Under the pieces are notes generated by a model. The model saw nothing but the letters and a program-made list of their open reading frames with translations. It did no database searches and was not told the DNA's origin. Shown here piece after piece: positions 26,717-37,019 of a DNA stretch of 59,933 nt; the first letter of the stretch is position 1; every line of letters begins with the position of its first letter. The translations under genes were made by a program, and so were the position numbers. Source of the stretch: Oopsacas minuta (taxonomy: Eukaryota > Animalia > Porifera); NCBI GenBank assembly GCA_024704765.1, contig JAKMXF010000360.1, forward strand, positions 1 to 59,933, read 5' to 3'.

Positions 26717-29327
26717 CTGGGGCGTTCAATAAGTCCTGCAGGTAATATCATAGAATATGATAGAAACACTTACAAACTAATTCACTATATAATATGTTCA
26801 AAGTACAGGGTGTCTAATAAGTTCTGTTATATATCAATTCCCCAATAAGTTCAAATTTATTCATTGTAAAGCCATGAAACCTTCTATTTCTTAGGACCTA
26901 TGTTCCTAATTACACATTACAAATATCATTCAAAATAGCTTCCCTTTTTATGAATTACGAAATTAGTCTACCCCGAAACTGATGGACAGCTTTTCGCAGC
27001 TCCTCCTATGGGATTTTCTGCCATTCACACAACAAACTAACTTTTAGGGACTCCAAACTCTTGTCAGAGTTCGCACAGGCCCCTGCTCTCCAAGTTTGCG
27101 CAAACAGAATAGTCGAGTGGTTTAAATCTGTGCTTGATGGTGGCCATTCACCCTTACTTATGAAATCGATATTTTGCTCTCGGAACCAACCCTGGGTTAC
27201 TTTTGAAGCATGTGCAGGCGCAGAGTCTTGTTGGTAAGTCCAAGAATGGTTTTGAAAGAGCTTCTCACTAGCAGACGCAATTTCAGGCTCCAAGACCAGC
27301 TCTCTATAGGTCTGAGAGTTATTTTAATTCCTTAGGGGGCAAAAATCAGGTTTGTCCGTGAGTCTGCTGACACTCCCTCCCATACCATCAGAGAAAGAGG
27401 CTTCTGGACTCTATCAATGTACTCGATGCTATCTGGGATATCCTGACTTCGAGAAGCAAGTATACGGTCTTTTTGACGATTGCTTGCCACCTTAACGGTG
27501 AACAGCTTCTCATCTGAGAGGAGAAACTGATCTTCAGTCCCAGGAGCGAATCGGGCTTTTAGTTGTATGCATCTTTCGAGTCGCTTACGATGTATGGAGT
27601 CGTTAAGATGTTGTACGTTTTTCCTCTACAACTAATTCCGCATCGTTTCGTGATTGACACAGAATTCACGAGACAGTTTTCGCATTGAACGCCGGGATTT
27701 CTCAGGATTCGACATCTAACACTATTCTTCAGGGCTGGTGTGCGAACGGATCTTGGACGACCAATTCGTTTCCTGTCAGACGCACTCCCAGTCTCTATAT
27801 ACCGTTTTATTGTGCGATAGATCAACATGGGTTTGATTTTATCATTTTTTGGCCTTTTTAGAATTTCACTGTTGATAAACTCAGATTCGTGAAAAGTGAC
27901 AATTTTTGAACGAATTTCTTCTAACATGATTTTCTGGGAAATGATAAACTTGAATTATGTATACTTGGTATAATTCGAAAGAGCACCATAATGCTACAAG
28001 AAATTCTAGGAGATTACTTCATAAGTATAGTAATAGCTACTGTGTAAGGCGCGAAAGTGTATAACAAAACTTATTAGATAGCCTGTAATCCCCTCCTGCA
28101 GATACACAATTTTTAACCTTTCCACCCACTTGTAAAACACATTTCTGTACTCTTCTTCTGGGATGGATTTGAAGTACTGGTACAGACCCGTTCCGAGTCC
28201 TTGTAATGTGCTAAAATCTTTGCCTTGAAGGTAGATTTTAAGCTTGGAGAATAGCCCAAATCACACGGAGCTAGGTCTAGTGAGTAAGGTGAATGGGGAA
28301 GTTATTCTAAACCTTCTACATCCAAGAAATTGTGGTAAGCTTAGCAGTATGGGGACTGGCGTTATCAATTAAAATCTTCATTCCTCGAGTTCCGGCTTTC
28401 GGGCGGTACTTTTCTATATTGTTTATCAAGTTTGGAAGCACTTGCTGTGTAAAGAAAGTAGCAGTAACAGCCTCGCCACTCTCACAAGGTAATTGTAAGA
28501 CAATTCCATGACTACTGAAGAAGATGGTATACATAATCTTAGGTTTTCTGAGTTCGGGCCTAGGAATTTTCGCCGGTTGTTCGTCGCCCCTCACCCATGA
28601 TCGCTTCTTATACTTGCTATATGGTGTTGAATAGTATACCCACGTCTCGTCACCAGTACTAATTTCTGTTAGGCGTCTAGAATCGCAGTTTTCATAAGTT
28701 TCCAAAGGCTTGTGGCAATATTCAGTCGTACCAACCTTTGATACTCACTGAACTTATGCGGGACTCATTTCCCACAAATCGATCGGTAGCCAAGCTCAGT
28801 CGTCAGAATTATGTGAATAGCTCCCGATGAAATCTCCATACTTTGTTCTAACTGATTGACAATAATGCACTTGTCTTCCATGACCATACTTTCAATGAGT
28901 GCGATATTCTCTGAAGTGGTGACGGATACCGGTCTTCCAGATCGAGGCAAATCTGTGACATCAGCATCACCAGATCTAAAACGGGCAGCCCATCGCTCTC
29001 CAGTAGATCTGGAAGGGCAATCCAAGCACACTATCCCCTGTAACTCGCTGAAGATCTGTACGGGCTGGATCTTGAGTATTGTGCGAAACTCTATGTAAGC
29101 TCGCCATTTGAGGTTGAAATTATCATCCTTAGAAGCCATAAATTCAACAGTCGGTATAAATTACCTATACGTAACTATCTCAAAAATTCATAATTTGTAT
29201 TGAATAAGCTTGAAACTTTCAGCATATGGAGTTTAACTATATGGACTTATAATATATGAATGTTAGATATATACTTGAATGATTCCTGAGATATAACATG
29301 CCCCGCAAGACTTATTGAACTCCCTGA
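26717..29327 (-). mobile_element. mariner copy A (about 1329 bp), interrupted by a nested DD37D element
   Basis: Ends TA|CTGGGGCGTTCAATAAGTCCTGC and GCAAGACTTATTGAACTCCCTGA|TA. ORFs 28765-29139 and 28316-28705 (RSGRP, ISTGDETW, IDNASPH). Colinear with 54475-55806 once 26806-28087 is removed. Confidence 0.93.
26806..28085 (-). mobile_element. maT-like DD37D element, 1280 bp, nested
   Basis: TIRs CAGGGTGTCTAATAAGTTCTGTTA and CAGGCTATCTAATAAGTTTTGTTA (21/24). TA duplication at 26804-05 and 28086-87. FSSDEKLFTV, QQDSAPAH...EWPPSSTDLN(fs)PLDY gives D-37-D after repairing one deletion. Confidence 0.92.
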
Positions 29328-30494
29328 TATACAAATGTAATAATTCCATGATTTTGGGTAAAAGCAAATACGTCAGGACAGTGACACATTAAGAGGTAAC
29401 TGAAAACCAAATTTCAATCAATTATCATCCAAAATGGTTGAGTCGTGCCAAATGGTGAGAAATTTTCAAAATCAAAAAGTGTCAATTGCAAATATTTCTG
29501 CCATAGTATTGAAAACCTTCCAATCTTTCTGAGTATAAATCAATTAATTAAGAGAATATATTTTTAGATCCAAAGTTACTTGACATTAGAAAGGCAAATA
29601 ATGTGCCAAACAATTTTAAACAAGAGGAATTTTGTGTAAGAAAATGAAAGTGATCAAAATCATTAATATGCAATGATAATGGAGAAATTATGTATTTGTA
29701 TGAGCTTGTCAGCATCTAGATACTTTACAGAAGAAGAAATGGCAAAATTGTTGGTTGGTTGGCTGATCTGATTAATATATAATGAATCAACAGAAGCAAA
29801 TTAGAAATTCTAAACACTTAGCTACAAAACATAATTACATGCGCATTTATCCAAATTTTAGCGTAAGAAATATATATGATAACCTTCAATAATTGAAGAA
29901 AAAAAGTCACAATTGCAATAAATATAAATGGATAGATGGCACAAGGCGCGCGAGTGGAAAATAGCTTAAATTCAAGCTAGCTATAATATTCCCAACATAA
30001 TCGTTGGGACATGAGGGTACACTAAAATTTTCTAAGGTATATCCGAAACAAAATTTATCTCCGAACAGTGGGAAAAATCCTTAGGATTTTGGTAGAAATT
30101 TCATAACATTAAGAATTTTGAAAGAGATTCGTTCTATTGATGCTTCTTCAAAGGCATGACCATGAAATACTACTGAAATTTCAATAACTATGCATGAATA
30201 TTAATAAATCCCAAATTTCAGTATTGTGGTTTTGAAAATATAAGATAATATTTATAGACGGAAGAAATTTGGATTTGTTTAAGATTGAATAACTAGAAAA
30301 CCTTGACTTCGCAAATTTGGATTCCTATATTTAGAATACAAAGGTTACAAATAAATGAAATTATAACAATACATGCATACGTGAAAATCCCCTAATGCCA
30401 CCTGGTTGCTCACTGTGATTAAACAAACCAGAAATATGTTCCTATCTAATTCATACAATTAATTGTTTTCAAACTAACTAATGCAATTGGTTTT

Positions 30495-31916
30495 TCAGAG
30501 AATATACTCGAGAGAGAGCATGTTCCCTCTTGAGAGCCAACGAACTTCAGTATAGAACAGCAAATTCTGATGGTCAATATATAATTCTTGGCACAATAGG
30601 TGGAACACACGTGTATTCAGAGTATTGGACTTGATAAAATTAACCATGGTGGCAACATCATCAAGAACAAGTTTTAGATCGGATGGAAGCGTTGTAGACG
30701 CAAGAGCGTATCGGTGTAACATACAGTGATTGTCTTTCGAAACGGGATTCACTGTCTTTACCCAAGCTCGAAATGCCGAATGAATTCCAAGGTATAGCAG
30801 GAGCATCATCTGTTGTGCAAACAGAAACTTTCTTTCAGGATAGTTACAGTCTATCAAAGTAATCAGAGACATGCTGGAAGTCATCTTCTCTTTTGTAGTT
30901 GTTTCCAAGTAATGGCAGAATAGAAACTGTACCTTGAAGTCCCGTCTTTGATGTACCGTGCTAATACCAGTAGTTGTACACACCTAAAAATGTACGTTGA
31001 CTCATCAATTTGAATCCAAAACGTGTTCAACGGGGGGCCCAAAAATCTCAGCAACTACCTGTTCCTCAACGTGATCTGGTATATCTGTATTCGGTGCTTG
31101 ATTGTGTCGTTCGAGAGAGGCAGAGAGACGAGTTTCTTTTCGACGCTATCTCCCAAAATGCAGTACACGATGTCCTTACAACTGGGGAGTATAAGATTTT
31201 CTGCAATCGTATGTGGTTTCTTTTCTTGATCGATTCGCAAAGCCACCATGCACGAGGCACGAAGACCTGCTTGAGTCTATTGACTCAATTGTCATCTGTG
31301 ATTTAGACGGATCCGCTTTACTCCTCCCTCTTGGTGCTTGAAGAAATCTATATCCTTATTGGCAAAGATTTGGGTGGCACCCGCTTAATTGCCGTTTAAG
31401 AAAACTTGGTTTCATCGAGCCCTTATAGCACCGTATAACATATTACACATTGTGTTAGTTTCTGTCCCTCTTTAAATATGGATGTAAATCGATATTTGAA
31501 ATAATCTTCATTATATTTCCGTTTCTTAGCAGATTCAATATGATTTTGTTGATAAAGTCAAGATCTCAAAGAAATACTCTTCCAATTTCCATTTTATTCC
31601 ATTTTATAACAATACGATACACGGGTAGGTGTGATACTCAAATCAATATGAGTTTACACATATGTACGGACAATGGAATCCTTAATTAGCATAACCTCAA
31701 ACAATAAATATTCAAGGGTGATAATAATTAGTGATGAAACTATTGCAACTTTATATATATTAATTATTTGGCATGAAATTACTATCTATGTGCTGAGTCT
31801 GTTGACTTGATGCAGTGTAACTTGAAACATTTATATATGATACTTACAGAATTGATAGGATTATGTGAAATATAGGCGTACCCCAGGCTATGCGTACCCT
31901 AGTTTGAGAACCACTG
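30495..31916 (-). mobile_element. hAT (Charlie/ZBED5-like) 5' two-thirds, decayed
   Basis: Left TIR CAGTGGTTCTCAAACTAGGGTACGC at 31916. KKRKYNEDY...QCVICY (BED finger), KKPHTIAENLILP, LPLSNDTI, HCMLHRYALAS, YTEVRWLSRG. Confidence 0.88.
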
Positions 31917-32058
31917 AGTTAAAGCACCGAGAAAAATAGAAAAATATAACCATAGGCAATATTTTCAATGTTGGGCACTGTACTCAAGTAGAGTAAAAAT
32001 TAATGGTTATATAAATGCTAGAAATCAAAAAATGCATTCTATCATATAGATATTTTTG

Positions 32059-32125
32059 GTTTATGTTTATTAGTATTAGATATTAATATATAAATATTTA
32101 CTATCTAATACTAATAAACATAAAC
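32059..32125. repeat. Perfect 24-bp inverted repeat with 19-nt loop
   Basis: GTTTATGTTTATTAGTATTAGATA (32059-82) and TATCTAATACTAATAAACATAAAC (32102-25). Confidence 0.95.
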
Positions 32126-32204
32126 TTTACAGTCACACTCTCTCGCTCCTACAAAGCTAGAACACCCCGTTGTTCAAACCCATAAGTACATGTATTACTA
32201 GTAC

Positions 32205-32458
32205 CTCTAGCATCGGAAAATTAGTTAATCCGGTTTGCAATGATACTTGAACGGCTTGAAGGTAAATTTCTTGCCAATGTTGTGATAGAGAATCAGTAAC
32301 TTGAGAGTATGTTTCGAGATTAGAATATGTTTCTTGAGGTTGTAAAGGTATATTTTCAATTGCCCCACTAATATCATTACTTACTGCTTGAGAATTGAAA
32401 TCTTGATTAGTGCCAATATCGCCATTATTTCCATCCGTTTTGGAATATAAGACCAGAT
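32205..32458 (-). CDS. Candidate orphan exon (S/T/Q/N-rich), possibly the RFX N-terminal region
   Basis: Stop-free 254 nt between acceptor ATTAATTCAG and donor GAG|GTACTA. Reads DLVLYSKTDGNNGDIGTNQDFNSQAVSNDISGAIENIPLQPQETYSNLETYSQVTDSLSQHWQEIYLQAVQVSLQTGLTNFPMLE. Confidence 0.4.
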
Positions 32459-32743
32459 CTGAATTAATGCGTAGCTATAAGGAAATAGAGGATTCAAAGC
32501 AGAATTAAACAGAATAAAGATATATCCGCGTAATTATGTACGAAGATTATATGTATATATTATCACTTCCGTAAGGTAAACAACAGTATATAGTTAGCAA
32601 AATTCACATAAAATCAATTTTTCCAATAAATTTCGAAAAAACAAAAGTTAAAGCACACAAAAAATACCAAAATGATATACAAAAGTGTTCTAAAAATGTG
32701 AATTATAAGCAATCATTGATCACCAAAAATATGTATATTGCAT

Positions 32744-33780
32744 AAGGGACGGATTAAGGGCCTGTGAGGCCGGGCGGCCAGTAGGATTGTGAGGATGTTA
32801 TTTTAGACTCTATCCATTCAAAAACAGTCATCATAAACAAATATAATTCAGAACATAGCTATGTTCAGAAAAATTACAACTAATAAAGAAACCACAAGAA
32901 TTTAGGACTACATGAATAGCATAAACGACTAACCTTTACTTTACGATATTTGCGATTACTAAACTCTTCAATAATTTTACTAAACTAAATTTTTCGTCGC
33001 AAATCGTGTTCTATTGACATCAAAGAAAGCATATTTAAGCGACTTTCAGACATAGTTGAGCGCAATTCGCATTATATCCGCTTAAGTTTGGAGAATGATC
33101 GCTCACCGGTACAATTGCTAACCATAAGCCATATGTATGCAGTGATATATTTAAGTTTGGAATGCATCCCAAAGAACATGCTGCGATAGTATTCGATACA
33201 TGAATAGTTTTATACTACATTCAAGGATTATAGCATTATCCATTTCTGACTTTAGGTAAGAACTGAATTGATCAGCTCGTCTATGACACTGTCTTCGATA
33301 TCATTTGGATAAAAATGTACTAATCTCTTTGATGCAGCAGAAAGTTCATTTGGTTCATTTTGTCATGTTGGAATCAAATCCAAACTTATCAAAATCTGGC
33401 TGTATGCTTTCATTCGATTTTTCAGTGCGATATCGATATGATTAATAATACATAGGAATTGCTCAATTTTGAACATATCACTTGCCGTCAAAACTGGATC
33501 TTTAGCAATTCCGTAATCGTGAATAGGGTTTCTTCTACGTTCTCTGCACCTTTCTTCTTTGTACACATTTATTCCTAATAGCAATCTTCCTCGCTCTTCA
33601 AATTCATGAAATTTCGGACGCAAAGGAGCGACAAACTCTGGCAATGATACCAATATCTTCACAGCTGCGTTCAGATCCAACTTCTCGCTTTGAAGTATCA
33701 TACTGCGTTTTTTAAACCTCTCCATTAACATAGCCCAGAACTCAGTATCTCGGCCATGAAACCAAAATAAGAAATTGTTA
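32744..33780 (-). mobile_element. hAT (ZMYM1-like) 3' fragment
   Basis: FWAMLMERFKKRSMILQSEKLDL... and SNCTGERSFSKLKRI*CELRSTMSESRLNMLSLMSIEHD (hAT dimerisation). TIR-like AGGGACGGATTAAGGG at about 32745. Confidence 0.8.
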
Positions 33781-33822
33781 ATTTAGGGTATGAAGTGAGA
33801 TCATGTGGAGTATAACTCTTAA

Positions 33823-34095
33823 CCCAGCGGTGGCTAGGCTAATTTCATTTATACAATTGGCTATGGGGTCTAGCCAAAAAGTCTTTGACCGTTGAGATCA
33901 AAATTGGCTATGGGGTTCTGTACACCCCAATATGACGATTACTGTTGGCTATGGGGTATCTGTAGGCCCCAAAATGAAGATTTCTGTTGGCTATGGGGTC
34001 TCTGTAGACCCCAAATGAAGACTACTGCTGGCTATGGGGTCTGGGTAAAATGTCATGACAGGGGGTCCTAATGGAACAACATAGCAACCGCTGGG
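33823..34095. mobile_element. piggyBac-type MITE, 273 bp, with internal 41-47 bp repeats
   Basis: TTAA|CCCAGCGGTGGCTA...TAGCAACCGCTGGG|TTAA. Five TGGCTATGGGGT cores at 33857, 33904, 33945, 33987 and 34028. Confidence 0.88.
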
Positions 34096-34157
34096 TTAAG
34101 GTGAAATCCGAAATCTAAAAAAGAATGTCCTATTAACAAACTGGGAAATTTCATCTA

Positions 34158-35476
34158 TAGAGTGTATCAAAAGTGCTGTCGTATAGCTAAAAATTATCCG
34201 AAGTCCATAATATTCGCGACCCATTCCTAACTCTTATTATTCTGTTATTATTCCGATAGTTGAATTTGTTTTGTATATTTATCTGCACAAATTAGATTAA
34301 ATATTCTCACTTTTTGATATTTTGTCCAAGTTTTTACATTTTTGTGCACTTTTGATATAATGGATGTCACCGACCATGGTATTGAACTTCGAAATAAAGC
34401 CATTGGGATGCAAAAGGCTGGTTTGACCCTTAAAAAAGTGTCAGAAGCCAAGATATTTCTATTAGATCAGTCCAAAGATGGTCCCGTCGGGAAAAACTTG
34501 GACAATCCTTGGGTACTTTACCCAAGAGCGGACGCCCAAAGATCCTTTCTCGCGTTCCTAAAATAATCTTATCAAAGTCTTTGTGCAAGAGAGGAAAATC
34601 TACACGATCTATGGCACGTACATTGGTAAATCCTGGTTTATCGCTCCACATTCAACAGTCTATCAATGTTTATCCTTACAAAAGGCAGCGAATCCCTCTT
34701 CTCACCAATAAATGGTACAAAATCGACTCGAGTCCCCTTCAAACACAATAATTGGACTGTAACAGATTGGGAGAATGTTTTATGGTCCGATGAATCACCC
34801 TTTGAACTATTTGCACCACCAAACAGGCAGAACGACTGAGTGTGGTCACATAGTTCGTCCGATGCTCAGCCATTCAATTGTGTTAAATTCCCGGCGAAAA
34901 TCCAAGTTTGGGGATGATGTCTCATCAGGCACTCTCAGAACTCCACATAATCCCTCAGAAACAGGATGTTAATGGAGAATATTATCGAGAAAATATATTG
35001 AAAGGAACTTGCATGGATGCAATGAGGGAACAGCAAATTCTGACACTATTTTGGAACGGTCTATGACTGAAAAGATGTCCCAGTCGATTTTTATGGAGGA
35101 TGGCGTTCCAGCCCACATCGCCAAGTTCACTCAGACTTCAGTGTTCAGAACTCCTGCCAAACTACTGGGCGAAGGTTGACTGGCCAGGCAACTCTCCAGA
35201 TTTGAATCCGATCGAAAATTTATGGTCTATCCTTGCAGACAAGCTCAGTTAACTCCCCGAAGTTAGCACTATAATTTCCCTCGTAATTAATTAGAAAAGG
35301 TGTGGTCAGGGATTGACCTTGTGATTCTTCAAAATTTGACAAATGGTATGCCTAATCGCATTAGCGAAGTTATAAATCGGTCAGGAGATTATATTGAAAT
35401 ACAGAGCATAAGTATATATTGTGTATTAATATGTTATAGTCAAATATATAATACAAAAGCACTTTGATACTCCCTG
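34158..35476 (+). mobile_element. Complete decayed Tc1-like DD37E element, 1319 bp
   Basis: TA|TAGAGTGTATCAAAAGTGCT ... AGCACTTTGATACTCCCTG|TA. MDVTDHGIELRNKAIG, PKSGRP, VLWSDESPF, FMEDGVPAH...WPGNSPDLNPIENLW. Confidence 0.9.
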
Positions 35477-36099
35477 TATATATGCTAAGACCTCGAGGCC
35501 TACTCAAAGTCGAGGCTGGGTGCCAAGGCTCATTGGTACCATGGTTAATCCTCAACTATATTATATATACAATAATGTTAGGGAGATTAGGAATTTATGA
35601 TTGAAATGTGTTCAAGGAATGATAGAATATTCTTGGAACGAAACCCAATAATCCACAAAACTTGAGAATACAATCTCAAGTCTTGTGAAATGCCCAATGC
35701 ATAGGGAGCGATCTAAATTCCACTGATTCAAAATAAGCAATAGAGGAGGGAAAAGTGAAAGACTATACAACTGAAATATAAGTAATTTTGGCTTTCGTAG
35801 TCTTTGTTCTTACAGAGTGTGCTAAGGGAACCACTACATGTTAACATTTTTATGGTTGTAGCATTTCAAGATAAATAGCCATTATTCATAATTCCTGTAT
35901 AATGTTAACAAATCTTTTGGAAAATTAAAAACTAAAATTTCCTTCAGTGGACATAATGCAGTGCGTGCTGGTGCCGACTTAAACACATAATTTTGTTTGA
36001 ACGCAGGGTGTATTTGTAATATACATACTATTCTCATAATACCATTTCACCATGTCAACTTTAACGTGAGGCTCCAGGCAATGTGACATTTATAACCAA

Positions 36100-36450
36100 A
36101 TCATGGATATTAAGAGGAATAATGACACAATCAGTTGTATCAAAGTTTGGTGGGTGTGCACTTGCACCATTTGCTGATGATTATGCAAGAGAAGTTCGAA
36201 AGATAAAATTACCCTTCGTTTCAAGGTGGTCCGAGACATATGCATATGCTATATCAAGATGCGATTGCCATTGACCGAAAATACGGTAAACCTAAACGAT
36301 TAATAACATTTACATGCAATACACGATGGAATGAGATAGCTATGGAATCAAAGCCTAGACTTAGTGTACAGGATAGCCCAGATTGAATTTCACAAGTATT
36401 TGATCTTAAGAAACACAGCTCCTTAACAAGTATTTTAGCATCAATTTCTT
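36100..36450 (+). mobile_element. Helitron Rep fragment
   Basis: From 36216: SFQGGPRHMHMLYQDAIAIDRKYGKPKRLITFTCNTRWNEI...VQDSPD*ISQVFDLK, the conserved Helitron Rep block. It is not in the ORF track frames. Confidence 0.8.
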
Positions 36451-37019
36451 GAGTGATTCTCAACAATTCTATCTACAATAGTTTGGTGAAATCTGATTAA
36501 TATAATATATTCAAGTGACCACCAAAGTTCATAGCAATATCTTTTTCGCCACAGGTTTAGAACTACCAATGTGTTGTTTTGCTTTGAAATTATCTATGAG
36601 AGATGGCATTTATTACATATAATATTGGAGTGCCGGCTTCCAGCTCGGGTCCATTGGGTATTCTTGATATCTCCTTATCCGCTAAAATAAGTTACGAACA
36701 TGTAATATTGTTCACACGAAGTCATGTGTTCCGAGTCTATTTATCTGTTTTGACAGATAAACATTTGGACAGGGTGTCCATTTTACAAAATCAAATTTTG
36801 CAGAGCTAAAATCAACCACCCTGCAAAAATGGACCCCTTCCATAAAATTAGGCTCATTCCTTTGATAAAGTTTAGTATTGTCTTTAGCTTACTTTCTGGA
36901 CATGTTAGTTCCAGTTAGACAATGTTGTTGAATTTTTGAATTATCTTTGATTCAAGTTTGACATGATCTAAATACACCATTATATTTTTTAGTAAATTAG
37001 ATTCTCTTAACACAAATCA

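Noticed and set aside
33857-34040. CRISPR-like array
   Set aside because: Sequences between the cores are homologous to each other, the array lies within piggyBac TIRs, and there are no cas genes in this eukaryotic context.
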